248,000 nucleotides of DNA from Hyalangium minutum (GTDB lineage Bacteria > Myxococcota > Myxococcia > Myxococcales > Myxococcaceae): positions 20,001 through 268,000 of the forward strand of contig NZ_JMCB01000004.1 of NCBI RefSeq assembly GCF_000737315.1, in the 5' to 3' direction. Position 1 is the stretch's first letter. Each line of letters opens with the position of its first letter. The position numbers and the translations under genes were made by a program. Below are positions 10,729 through 22,122 of the stretch, piece after piece. The notes beneath the pieces were generated by a model, which had not been told where the DNA came from, did no database searches, and worked only from the letters and a program-made list of their open reading frames with translations.

Positions 10729-12279
10729 CTACTTCGCCGCGGGGGCGTGCTGCACCGGCGGCACGTAGGGCCAGCTCTTGAGCGGTCCCTTGCCCGCGTC
10801 GCGCGAGATGTAGTCCGCGGCGATGTTGGCGCTCTCCATGATTGCGAGCAGTCCGCTGCCGGGGTGGGTGCCGCCGCCCACGAAGTACAGCCCGCTCACC
10901 TCCGTGTTCTTCACCCGAGGGCGCAGCGGCCCGAGCTGGTCCATGGTGTGGGCCAGGTTGAAGACGGCGCCGCGGAACACGTTGAAGTCATCCCGCCAGG
11001 TCTCCGCGGTCCAGGAGCGCCGGGCGCGGATGTGCTTGGTGATGTCGTGGATGCCCACCTTGGTGAGCAGCTCGGGGACGCGCTCGTTGAGTATCCGCTC
11101 GGCCTGCTTGAAGTCCACCGGGTGGCCGGTGTGGGGCGTGGGGATCGTGACGTAGAGCGTGGAGTGTCCCGGCGGCGCGACGGAGGGATCCGTGACGCAC
11201 GGGTTGCAGACGTAGAAGGGCGGATCCTCGGTGTCCACCGTCGTGTCCTCGAGCTTCGCGAGATCGTTCTTCAGGCCGTTGGCGGAGAAGGAGATCTGGT
11301 GGTGAGGCACGTCATAGACGCGATCCAGGCCCAGGTAGAGCATGAAGAGGCTGGGCGAGTACCGGGCCTTGTCCAGGAAGCCATCGGTCATGCGGCCCTT
11401 GCGCCAGCGCGCGTCCAGGAGGTTCTTGGCGGCGTAGGGCAGATCCGCGTTGACGACCACGGTGTCTGCCTTCAGGCGCTCGCCCGAGCTCAGCTCCACG
11501 CCGCGCGCCTTGCCCTCTTCGACCCAGATGCGGGAGACGGGCGTGCCCATCCGGAACTCCACGCCCAGATCCTGCGCGCACTTCATCATCCCTTGCGCCA
11601 TCGCACGGAAGCCGCCCTTGGGGTGCCACACGCCGAAGGCCAGCTCCAGGTAGGGGACGATGGAGAAGAGGCTGGTGGCGGTGGTGGGGTGCAGCCCCAG
11701 GTACTTGGAGGAGAAGGCGAACCCGTAGGTGATGCGGTCGTCTTTGAAGTAATCGTTGAAGTGCGAGTAGAGCGTCTGCCAGGGCTTGAAGCGCAGGTTG
11801 GGTCCCCACAGCCACGGCACGATGTACCCGGGGAGCGAGTCGGCTGGGGTGGCAACGAACTTGCCGTAGATGAAGCGGTACTTCTCCTCGGCATCGGCCA
11901 CCCAGCGCTTGAGGGCTGCGGGCTTGTCGGGGCCGAAGCGGGCCAGATCCGCGGCCATGCGCTCCGTGTCGCGGAAGGAGTCCATGTACGTGCCATCCCA
12001 GAACCAGGTACGGCTCATCGGCTCCACGGGCAGCAGGGTCACATAGTCTTCGAGCCGCTTGCCGGCGCGCTCGAAGGTTTTGAAGAGGATCTCGGGGACC
12101 TGGAAGATGGTGGGCCCGGTGTCGATCGTGTACTCGTTCTGTTCGCCGAGGGTCAGGCCCTTCATGCGGCCGCCGGGGACCGGATCCTTCTCCACGACGG
12201 TCACCTTCAGCCCGAGCCCTGCCAGGTTGATGGCGGACAACAAGCCTCCGGGGCCTGCTCCGACGATGAGGACGTCCAT
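10729..12279 (-). CDS. Phytoene desaturase (CrtI) family FAD oxidoreductase
   Basis: GAGPGG dinucleotide motif, DTGPT, C-terminal GGGTHPGSG. Confidence 0.85.
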   Translation of the reverse strand: MDVLIVGAGPGGLLSAINLAGLGLKVTVVEKDPVPGGRMKGLTLGEQNEYTIDTGPTIFQVPEILFKTFERAGKRLEDYVTLLPVEPMSRTWFWDGTYMDSFRDTERMAADLARFGPDKPAALKRWVADAEEKYRFIYGKFVATPADSLPGYIVPWLWGPNLRFKPWQTLYSHFNDYFKDDRITYGFAFSSKYLGLHPTTATSLFSIVPYLELAFGVWHPKGGFRAMAQGMMKCAQDLGVEFRMGTPVSRIWVEEGKARGVELSSGERLKADTVVVNADLPYAAKNLLDARWRKGRMTDGFLDKARYSPSLFMLYLGLDRVYDVPHHQISFSANGLKNDLAKLEDTTVDTEDPPFYVCNPCVTDPSVAPPGHSTLYVTIPTPHTGHPVDFKQAERILNERVPELLTKVGIHDITKHIRARRSWTAETWRDDFNVFRGAVFNLAHTMDQLGPLRPRVKNTEVSGLYFVGGGTHPGSGLLAIMESANIAADYISRDAGKGPLKSWPYVPPVQHAPAAK

Positions 12280-12425
12280 CTGGTTTCACCTCTCTTGGGT
12301 GCCGTTCCGCGCAGGCGCGAGGCGGCATGAGCGCCGCTCCCACGCACAGGGGATGATCGGCGCGCATCGTCACATAGTGGACGGAAGCTTGTCATCCCCG
12401 GGATTCGGGTATTAGGGGGAAATAG

Positions 12426-12524
12426 TGGCGGTAGGGCATGAGAATCGAACTCACCAGGGACCGTTCTCACGGCCCCTCACCGGTTTTGAAGACCGGGCCG
12501 GCCACCAGATCCGGAGGCCCTACC
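12426..12524 (-). tRNA. selC: tRNA-Sec (anticodon TCA)
   Basis: Reverse complement GGTAGGGC...GTCTTCAAAAC...GTTCGATTC...GCCCTACCGCCA; 8-bp acceptor stem, long variable arm, 99 nt. Confidence 0.93.
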
Positions 12525-12911
12525 ACGCTCGACTCTACTGCCCGGCCAATGCCCCTCCGTCAACGATGCGCTCGATAAGAAAGCGCTGTCAGATCCAGAG
12601 GTGTTTGACGCATAAAGCCACAAATTGAAAAGGCAGTTTTGCGCTCCCACGCATAATTTTATGCGGTGATGGCAAAAGGTGGCATGAGTTTTTGAATGCG
12701 CTTTCATAAAGCGCTTTACTCCCTGGAAAAGACGCTTTACACTCGGTTCCAGAAAAGTGCCGAAGGGTCTCCTGCCGTTGGAATGACCTGGGCTGCGTTG
12801 CGCCCTGTGAGTCTGTCTTCAGAGGCACGGTTCCAAGCGCTGCATTGCGTCAGTTGACTCAACCCTTGATCGGCTCCGGGGCTGGATCTCCATGGGCCGA
12901 GAAGGAAGGCC

Positions 12912-15188
12912 ATGATCCATAAATCGTTGGGAGTCGCCGTCGTGTTGCTGATGGGCATCCTGGGAGCGGGCGAGAGCCTCGCCGCGCCCACCTATGGAGC
13001 CCAGAGCTCGGGGGCCAGCTCGGCCCTCTTCTATATCAACAGCACCTCGTGGGCGGACATCCACTACCGGGTCAACAATGGGGGCCAGGTCAACGTTCGG
13101 ATGACGCTCGTGGGCTCGCAGAACCAGTACACGGTGACGGGTCTCACCAGTGGCAGCGTCGTCACCTACAACTTCACGTACTGGGACGCCGCCTGTAACT
13201 GCGCCTTCGATACCGCCACGGCCACTTATACCCATGGCTCCTCGTCGCCTCCGGACGCGGGCACGGGCACTCCCGATGCGGGCTCCGGAACTCCGGACGC
13301 GGGCACGGGCACTCCGGACGCGGGTACCGGTGGCCCTACTGGCAGCGCGGTCCCCTTGTTCAACAGCACCACCCCGCTGGAGCCGGCCCTGGTGGAGAAC
13401 ACCTCCACGGCGATCATCACCCACGTGGGCGAGCGCGTGCGCGATCGCCATGCCCGCGAGTCCCAGTTCCAGGCGTATGACCACTTCCTGGGCAAGTACT
13501 TCGTCAACCGTACCTTCTACGTCGACATCATCGACGAGGTGGCCAAGGGCGGCAGCCAGATCACCGTCAACATGCACACCGTCTACCCACACGACGGCAC
13601 GAACTTCCGCGCGTTCTTCCGGGGCCTCAACACCGTCGCGGAGTACTTCCACAACGGCACCTTCACCCGCGTGAACGACTACCTCTACACCGCCAGCGTC
13701 AACTACAACGCCAAGGAGGGGCGTGCCATCCGGGTGGGCGATCGCATGGAGATCGAGATCGGCGTCTTCCTGAAGCAACCGGTGGACGGCCGCTTCAACT
13801 ATTACTCGGGGGCGTGGCTGTACATCGTGGGCCAGGGCGGCATCGTGCCCTTCGAGGGCGTCGGCTCCACGCTCGACTCCTTCCCCCTGCCGGAGACCGC
13901 GTGGGCGGGCGGACGGACCACGCAGAACTACCCGTATTCGAACGAGCCGGCCGAGCGCTTCATGCAGATGGCGCTGAACCTGGCCCCGGTCAACACTCAG
14001 ACGTTCGTCGAGGGCCGCCGGATCCACCACACGGACTTCGGTACGGGCGCTCACTCCGAGGCGGACAACCCGGTGTTCACCGAGCAGGCGAACAAGCTGG
14101 GGAACAGCTACATCGCGCGCTCGTGCGTGGCCTGCCACGTGAACAACGGCCGCGGCCTGCCTCCTGCCACCAACACCACGCTGACCAACCTCGTGGTCAA
14201 GGTGGGCAAGCTCAGCGGCTCCACGAACGTGTCGGATCCGCAGCTGGGCGCCAAGCTGCAGCCGCGCTCTGTCAGTGGCACCCCCGAGGCGGATGTGAAG
14301 ATCACCTCGTGGACCACGACCAATGGCACTTTCTCGGATGGCACGGCCTACCAGCTGCGCAAGCCCGTCTACGCCTTCAGCAACGTCATCCCCACGAACT
14401 ACTCGGCGCGCATGACGCCGCAGCTGGTGGGCTTGGGCCTGCTGGAGGCGGTGCCCGAGAGCGCCATCTTCGCCCTGGCCGATCCCAATGACGCCAACGG
14501 CGACGGCATCTCTGGCCGCATGAGCACCGTGGTGGACCCCCAGACGGGCCAGACCCGCATGGGCCGCTTCGGCTGGAAGGCGAGCCTGGCGCGGGTGCGC
14601 CACCAGGTCGCCGATGCGCTCAATGGCGACATGGGCGTCACCACGTCCGTGTACAGGTCGCTGGACTGCGGCTCGTCCCAGCAGGGCTGCACGGGCACCA
14701 GCACAGAGCTGAGTGACGCGGACCTGGACAAGCTCGTCCGCTACATCTCTCTCTTGGGCGTCAATGCCCGGCGCAACCTCAACGACACGCAGGCGCAGCG
14801 CGGCGAGACGCTCTTCCAGAGCGCCGGCTGCTCCAAGTGCCACACGGCCAGCCTGCCTACGAGCCCCTACCACCCGAACTCCGAGCTGCGCAGCCAGACG
14901 ATCCGTCCGTACACGGATCTGCTCCTGCACGACATGGGCTCGGGGCTGGCGGACAACCTGCCGGAGGGCACGGCCTCGGGCTCCGAGTGGCGCACCGCTC
15001 CCCTGTGGAGCATCGGCTGGACGGCGGGCGTCAGCGGCGGCGAGGCCTACCTGCACGACGGCCGCGCTCGCAACCTCTCCGAGGCCATCCTCTGGCACGG
15101 CGGTGAGGGCGAGGCCTCCAAGCAGTCCTTCGTGAGGATGTCCGCTGCGGACCGGGATGCGCTGATCAAGTTCCTCCAGTCCCTGTAA
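12912..15188 (+). CDS. Secreted CBM56-like module + di-heme oxidoreductase (DUF1111-type)
   Basis: Signal peptide; WADIHYRVNNGGQVNVRM module; PDAG linker; CVACH and CSKCH; RFGWKA; LHDGRAR. Confidence 0.78.
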   Translation: MIHKSLGVAVVLLMGILGAGESLAAPTYGAQSSGASSALFYINSTSWADIHYRVNNGGQVNVRMTLVGSQNQYTVTGLTSGSVVTYNFTYWDAACNCAFDTATATYTHGSSSPPDAGTGTPDAGSGTPDAGTGTPDAGTGGPTGSAVPLFNSTTPLEPALVENTSTAIITHVGERVRDRHARESQFQAYDHFLGKYFVNRTFYVDIIDEVAKGGSQITVNMHTVYPHDGTNFRAFFRGLNTVAEYFHNGTFTRVNDYLYTASVNYNAKEGRAIRVGDRMEIEIGVFLKQPVDGRFNYYSGAWLYIVGQGGIVPFEGVGSTLDSFPLPETAWAGGRTTQNYPYSNEPAERFMQMALNLAPVNTQTFVEGRRIHHTDFGTGAHSEADNPVFTEQANKLGNSYIARSCVACHVNNGRGLPPATNTTLTNLVVKVGKLSGSTNVSDPQLGAKLQPRSVSGTPEADVKITSWTTTNGTFSDGTAYQLRKPVYAFSNVIPTNYSARMTPQLVGLGLLEAVPESAIFALADPNDANGDGISGRMSTVVDPQTGQTRMGRFGWKASLARVRHQVADALNGDMGVTTSVYRSLDCGSSQQGCTGTSTELSDADLDKLVRYISLLGVNARRNLNDTQAQRGETLFQSAGCSKCHTASLPTSPYHPNSELRSQTIRPYTDLLLHDMGSGLADNLPEGTASGSEWRTAPLWSIGWTAGVSGGEAYLHDGRARNLSEAILWHGGEGEASKQSFVRMSAADRDALIKFLQSL

Positions 15189-15208
15189 CGCGCGCTGGAG
15201 GCAGCTCC

Positions 15209-15240
15209 GGGGACCGCGTCACCACGCGGTCCCCTTTTTA
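15209..15240 (+). terminator. Rho-independent terminator
   Basis: GGGGACCGCG-loop-CGCGGTCCCC then TTTTTA. Confidence 0.85.
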
Positions 15241-15263
15241 TTTGCGGGAGAGGGCTGCGCTGC

Positions 15264-16337
15264 TCAGTCCAGCCCGCGCTCCCAGAGGTCGTCCTCGTCC
15301 AGCCCCACGAGGTGCCCCACCTCGTGCATCACGGTGATGCCGATCTGCTCGATCAGCTCCTCGCGCGTCTTCGCGAAGCGCTCCAGGTTCCTCTGGTACA
15401 GCACGATCGCCGCCGGGAAGTGATCGTACGCGTTCGTCACGCTCCGCTCGCCCACCGGCGTTCCCCGGAACACCCCCAGGATGCATGGCGACAGGGGAGG
15501 GGTCTGATCCATCAGCTCTTCATCCGACGGGATGTCCTCCACGGAGATCGTCACGTTGTCCAGGTAGCCCTTCACGTGCTCTGGAAGCGCCTTCACCGCC
15601 GACTCGAGCGCCTGATCGAACTCCGGCTCCGCCAACGACACCGGCGGCGGGAACTCCTGCGGCGCCAACGCCTGCGCCTTCCCGAACCGCTTCTTGGCCT
15701 CCTTCGCATCCCCGCGCCGCTCCGCTATCAGCCCCAGGTAGTGGTGCGCCCAGGCCTCGTCCGGCGTGTCCTTCAGCACCTTCTCGAAGGACGCCTGCGA
15801 CTCCTTGAAGCGGCACAGCTCGAACAGCGCGATGGCTCGCTCCACCTGCGCATCGATCGAGCGCGGCATGTGCCCGAGCGCTTCCTCCAGGCTCTCCAGC
15901 GCCTGGGTGCACTCGCCCATCTGGTTCAGGCCCATCCCTTCCAAGAGGAGGAACTCGTACACATGCTCTACATCGTCCGCTCGTTCCGCCAGCTTCCGCC
16001 CACGGCCACACAGGGTGAGCCCTTCCTCCACCGCGTCGCGATCTTCTCCCATCCGGCAGAGGAGGAAGTCCGCCATCTCCAGGATCAGCTCCAGATCCTC
16101 TGGGCTCGCCTCCAAAGCCTGTTGATACGCTTGCACCGCTTCTTCCTGGCGCCCAAGCCCCGCGAGCGCTGCCGCTCGATAGTGCAGCGCCTCCGGCTGC
16201 CCTGGCGCCTCCTTCAGCAGCGCTTGTGTCTTCTCCAGCGCGCCTTCCAGATCCTCGGCGTCGAACGCCGCGGCGATCTGTTCCAGGCGCTGCTCCGAGT
16301 CCCCCGGCAATGAGCGTTTCTCCCGCTTCCCCATCAT
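15264..16337 (-). CDS. TPR protein with C-terminal zincin-like metallopeptidase domain
   Basis: TPR helices; TVMHEVGH (HExxH) at C-terminus. Confidence 0.85.
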   Translation of the reverse strand: MMGKREKRSLPGDSEQRLEQIAAAFDAEDLEGALEKTQALLKEAPGQPEALHYRAAALAGLGRQEEAVQAYQQALEASPEDLELILEMADFLLCRMGEDRDAVEEGLTLCGRGRKLAERADDVEHVYEFLLLEGMGLNQMGECTQALESLEEALGHMPRSIDAQVERAIALFELCRFKESQASFEKVLKDTPDEAWAHHYLGLIAERRGDAKEAKKRFGKAQALAPQEFPPPVSLAEPEFDQALESAVKALPEHVKGYLDNVTISVEDIPSDEELMDQTPPLSPCILGVFRGTPVGERSVTNAYDHFPAAIVLYQRNLERFAKTREELIEQIGITVMHEVGHLVGLDEDDLWERGLD

Positions 16338-16436
16338 GAGCGGCCTCATATCCAGGTCCCTCTGTACGTTGTCAACGCAGGGAGCGGTTGTTACTTTCGC
16401 TCTTTCCCTGAGTCCCCAGGGACAGGTGTCCCTTTC

Positions 16437-16793
16437 GTGAACATCCTCGTCGTCGATGATGACCTCAGCCTGTGCGCCAGTCTCTCCCAGTTTTTGGAGG
16501 GGAACGGCTACACGGTCTATTCGGCCGGCGACGCCCTCCAGGCCTTGGACGTCATGGAGCGCCAGCCCGTGGAGCTCATCATCACCGATTATTTGATGCC
16601 CCACGTGGATGGCATCCGTTTCACCGAGATGCTCAAGGCGGATCCCCGCTTTACGGAGATCCCCGTGCTCCTCATCACCGCCTCCCCGGACGTGGCCACC
16701 ACCGACAAGGGCCTGCGCAGGGGCGTGGCCATGATGCTCCAGAAGCCGGTGGACATGGGCCAGCTCCTGACGCTGGTCCGCTTCGCCGAGTAG
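16437..16793 (+). CDS. Single-domain response regulator
   Basis: ILVVDDD, ITDYLMP, KP motif. Confidence 0.9.
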   Translation: MNILVVDDDLSLCASLSQFLEGNGYTVYSAGDALQALDVMERQPVELIITDYLMPHVDGIRFTEMLKADPRFTEIPVLLITASPDVATTDKGLRRGVAMMLQKPVDMGQLLTLVRFAE

Positions 16794-16869
16794 GCCCGAG
16801 GACCTTCCAGCCGTCCTACCGTCTACACCCTCGGCTTTCCGTGTTGACATCCCCCGTGCGGCCCTTATT

Positions 16870-16896
16870 TTGGCGCTCGCCGAGGCCGAGTGCTAA
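16870..16896 (+). promoter_or_regulatory. CIRCE element (HrcA operator)
   Basis: TTGGCGCTC-N9-GAGTGCTAA vs consensus TTAGCACTC-N9-GAGTGCTAA, 42 nt upstream of groEL. Confidence 0.85.
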
Positions 16897-16938
16897 CGGC
16901 CCCAAATTCCCATTTCCATGTAGTTTCAGGAGGTTACG

Positions 16939-18588
<1,650 letters not shown>

Positions 18589-18676
18589 GCCGCTAGGGCT
18601 CGGGACGGCCGCTCCGGTGGCCGTCCTCGGTAGTCGGCCCCGGTGTCCTCGAGAGAGGCCCGGGGCCGTTGCTTTT

Positions 18677-20188
18677 TCAGGGCGTGCCCAGCTTCAGGGC
18701 GCGGGACAGCTCGCGGCTGAGCGCGGGCGCGTCGAAGAAGAGCCGAGGCAGGCAGGCGATGGCGCCGGCCCGCAGCGAGTCCAGCGTCGTCTCCATGGTG
18801 AGGTGCTCCACCAGGACGATGAAGGGCGCGCCCTGGGCCAGGGCCTTGCCCAGCTCCAGCGCCTTGCGGCCGTACGCCGGGGTGAAGTCCCAGCTCACCA
18901 CCACCGCCATGGGAGGCTCCATCGCGGCGATCTCCGTGGTGCTAATGAGCCGCGGCTCCAGTCCCAGGCGGGTGAGCGCCTCCATGACGGTGCGCGAGGA
19001 GGTGGCGTTGTCGTCGATGACGTCCACGCGCCGCCCGGTGGCCGTCCGGGGCTGCGCCGGAGGCGAGGCGATGGCCGCGCGGATGAGGGCACGCACCTGG
19101 CGGATGTCGTCGAAGGGCTTGAGCAGGTAGTCCATCACCCCCAGCTCCAGCGCCTCCTGCGTGGTGCCCAGCGAGGGGTAGCCCGTCATCAACAGGATGC
19201 GGGCCTGCGGGTTCATCATCCGCGCCTGCTGAGCCAGCGCCAGGCCGGACAGGCCCGGGAGGTTCTTGTCGGTGACGATGAGGTCCACGCGCTCGTTGCG
19301 CAGCAGATCGAGCGCTTCCTCGGCCGTGCCCGCCTCGAGCACCTCGAACTCCTTGCCCAGCAGGTCCCGGAAGACCATGCGGATGATGCTCTCGTCATCG
19401 ACGATGAGCACTCGCTTGCGCTGGGTGGTGGGCACCTCGACAGTTGCGGGGAAGGAGATTCGGAAGACGGTGGAAGGCGGCGGCTGGTCCGGCAGCGTGT
19501 CCGTGGGCGCCAGGCTGATCTGCGCCCGGTGTTCCTGGGCAATCCGCTTGCACACCGCGAGCCCCAGCCCCGTGCCGCGCTTGCTGCTGGAGACGTAGGG
19601 CTCGAAGATCTTCTCCCGCATCTCCCGGGGAATGCCGGGGCCCCAGTCCGCCACGTACAGGACGGGTGCGCTGCCCTCCAGCGTCAGCAGCACCTTGATG
19701 CGCCCCCGGCCGCCCATGGCGTCGCGCGCGTTGTTGAGCAGGTTGAGGGTGAGCTGCTCCAGGAGCCGGGCGTTGCCCTGAACGGTGATGGTCTCCGGGG
19801 CCTCCACCTCCAGCGAGATGCGGGCGGAGTCCGGGTTGAGCGAGAAGAGCTTGGCCGCGGCCCACACGGGGGTGGCCAGCGACAGGCGCTGCTGGGGCGC
19901 CGTCCGGTCGCTGGAGAGGCGGACGAAGTCAGAGATGATCTGCTCCATCCGCTCCACCTGGGCCAGCAGCAGCTTGAGCGGGCCTACGGTGCCGGTCTCT
20001 TCCGCCAGCAGCTGGGCGTAGGCCTTCACCCCTAGCAGGGGCTGGCGCAGCTCGTGCAGCACCTCGGCGGCCAGCTGGGTCGAGCCAGGCCCCGAGCGCT
20101 GCAGGGCCGCGGCCGCGGCCTTTGCCGTTGCCAGGTCACCAACCTCCAAGGCTTGCAGGAGATGAGCGAGCGGGGCAGGAGTCTCCAT
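18677..20188 (-). CDS. Hybrid sensor histidine kinase/response regulator (SinK-like)
   Basis: HELRQPL H-box, NARDA, GTGLGL, receiver domain. Confidence 0.88.
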   Translation of the reverse strand: METPAPLAHLLQALEVGDLATAKAAAAALQRSGPGSTQLAAEVLHELRQPLLGVKAYAQLLAEETGTVGPLKLLLAQVERMEQIISDFVRLSSDRTAPQQRLSLATPVWAAAKLFSLNPDSARISLEVEAPETITVQGNARLLEQLTLNLLNNARDAMGGRGRIKVLLTLEGSAPVLYVADWGPGIPREMREKIFEPYVSSSKRGTGLGLAVCKRIAQEHRAQISLAPTDTLPDQPPPSTVFRISFPATVEVPTTQRKRVLIVDDESIIRMVFRDLLGKEFEVLEAGTAEEALDLLRNERVDLIVTDKNLPGLSGLALAQQARMMNPQARILLMTGYPSLGTTQEALELGVMDYLLKPFDDIRQVRALIRAAIASPPAQPRTATGRRVDVIDDNATSSRTVMEALTRLGLEPRLISTTEIAAMEPPMAVVVSWDFTPAYGRKALELGKALAQGAPFIVLVEHLTMETTLDSLRAGAIACLPRLFFDAPALSRELSRALKLGTP

Positions 20189-20320
20189 TCACCCCCGAGC
20201 ATGGCGGACCCTGTGTCCATGCGCAACGCAACACACGCGGAATCCGTTGACCGGAGGCCGAAGCCTGCGGATGCTGCCACCCCCGCCCGGGTCGCCCCGG
20301 CCGGGGCCCTGGAGGCTGAC

Positions 20321-20716
20321 ATGCCGCAGACCAATCCGTTCCACTCGGTGGTGCCCCCCCGCAAGCTCACGGACTCCGAGCTGGCGCGCTCCATCCGGCT
20401 CAACATCGAGGCGGAGCTGGACGCCATCAACCTCTATGCCGCCCACATCGAGGCCACGGACAATGAGGAGGCCAAGGCCATCCTCCAGCACGTGATGGAC
20501 GAGGAGCGCGAGCACGCGGCCCTCTTCTGGCAGCTCATTGCCCGGCTGGATCCCCAGCAGGCCAAGCATGATTCGGAGGCCTCGCGGAAGTACCAGCTCA
20601 TCGTCAGCGGGGCTCCGCACGAGGACGTGGAGTCGGTGGGCGAGGGCGGGGGAGGGGGCAGGGCCGCCGAGCCTCCGCTCCCCAAGCAGCTGACCGTGGG
20701 CAACTTGCGCCGCTGA
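20321..20716 (+). CDS. encC: Encapsulin cargo ferritin-like protein (EncC-type)
   Basis: EAELDAINLY...DEEREH ferroxidase motifs; C-terminal targeting peptide LTVGNLRR (LTVGSLRR in M. xanthus cargo). Confidence 0.88.
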   Translation: MPQTNPFHSVVPPRKLTDSELARSIRLNIEAELDAINLYAAHIEATDNEEAKAILQHVMDEEREHAALFWQLIARLDPQQAKHDSEASRKYQLIVSGAPHEDVESVGEGGGGGRAAEPPLPKQLTVGNLRR

Positions 20717-20741
20717 GCTTCCGGGCGGCGAACGGGAGCGC

Positions 20742-22103
20742 CTAGCCCGCCACCTTGCGCTCGGCGGGCAGGGCCTCCTGGTCCAGCGCTGCCATGTAGA
20801 CAACATTCCGGGTGCCGCGCTTGCCGCGGTACATGGCGCGATCGGCCATGTCCAGCAGTGCGCCCTTGTCGCGCGCATGCTCGGGGAAGCTGGCCACTCC
20901 CACGCACGTCGTCAGGGAGAGGGAGATGCCCTCGCGCGGGATGAAGTGGTGGTTCTCCATGGTGCGGCGGATGCGCTCGGCCACCTTGAGGGCGCCACCC
21001 GAATCCGTGTTGCGCAGCAGCACCACGTACTCGTCCCCTCCGTAGCGGACGACCACGTCCCGCTCGCGCACGCAGCCCTTGAGCACGCGCCCCACCTCCA
21101 CCAGCAGGCGCGAGCCCACCAGGTGGCCGTGCGTGTCGTTCACGGCCTTGAAGTGGTCCAGGTCCATGAAGAGCAGGCTGAAGGGGATGTCCGTCTGCTG
21201 CGAGGCCTTCACCTCCCGGTCCAGCACCAGGTGGAGGTAGCGCATGTTGTAGAGGTGGGTGAGATCGTCCATGTAGGCCAGATCTTCCACCTCGCTGAAG
21301 CGCCCCATGTTGCGCAGCGCCATGGCGTAGTGGCGCGAGAGGAACCCGGCCACCTCGGGCACGTTCTCCGGCGGCGGGCGGGAGAAGAACAGGACGATCT
21401 GGCCCAGGGACAGGTCCGCGTCGCTCGCGGGGAAGGCGATCACGTGCTCGAAGTCCCCGGGCAGCGAGTCCAGCGAGCGGGGCGTACGGATGCCCTGGAG
21501 CTGGGAGCAGAGGATGGGCTCGAGCTCCGTCACCAGCTCGGGGGCCATGCCGTTGTGGCCATGGACCTTCAGCGGGCCGCCCTCGCGCAGCAGCAGCAAC
21601 ACGCCCTGGGCTTGCGTCTGCGCCTCGAGCGCACTGGCCACGGCCAGCGCGAGCCGCTCGCGATCCAGGGTGGTGGCGATGCGCTGCCCCATCTCCAACA
21701 GAGAGACGTACTGGCGCAGTGAGGCGTTCTCGCGCAGCAGATCCCTCGTGGTGAGGGCGCGGCGCACGGCGTGCTCGAGCGCCTCCGGGGCCACCGGCTT
21801 CACGAGGTACTCGGCCGCGCCGCTCTTGATGGCACGCACGGCGGGATCCACCTTGTCCAGGCCGGTGATGACGACCACCTCGACGCCCGGGTAGCGCTCC
21901 TTGCTGTAGCGGAGCACCTCCATGCCGTCGGTGCCAGGAAGGATCAGGTCCGTGACCACCGCGTCATAGGTGTCGGCATTGAGCGCTTCGCGGAACTCCT
22001 CGAAGCTTCCCACGGCGACGACGGTGTGGCCGGCGGCGCGCAGATAGTCCCCGTACAGGGTCCGGGCCATCTTCTCGTCGTCGACTAGCAGGATCTGCGC
22101 CAT
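20742..22103 (-). CDS. Response regulator-diguanylate cyclase
   Basis: Receiver; RYGGDEY active site with upstream RxxD I-site. Confidence 0.92.
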   Translation of the reverse strand: MAQILLVDDEKMARTLYGDYLRAAGHTVVAVGSFEEFREALNADTYDAVVTDLILPGTDGMEVLRYSKERYPGVEVVVITGLDKVDPAVRAIKSGAAEYLVKPVAPEALEHAVRRALTTRDLLRENASLRQYVSLLEMGQRIATTLDRERLALAVASALEAQTQAQGVLLLLREGGPLKVHGHNGMAPELVTELEPILCSQLQGIRTPRSLDSLPGDFEHVIAFPASDADLSLGQIVLFFSRPPPENVPEVAGFLSRHYAMALRNMGRFSEVEDLAYMDDLTHLYNMRYLHLVLDREVKASQQTDIPFSLLFMDLDHFKAVNDTHGHLVGSRLLVEVGRVLKGCVRERDVVVRYGGDEYVVLLRNTDSGGALKVAERIRRTMENHHFIPREGISLSLTTCVGVASFPEHARDKGALLDMADRAMYRGKRGTRNVVYMAALDQEALPAERKVAG

Positions 22104-22122
22104 TGTCTTCCGCTTACCATCA

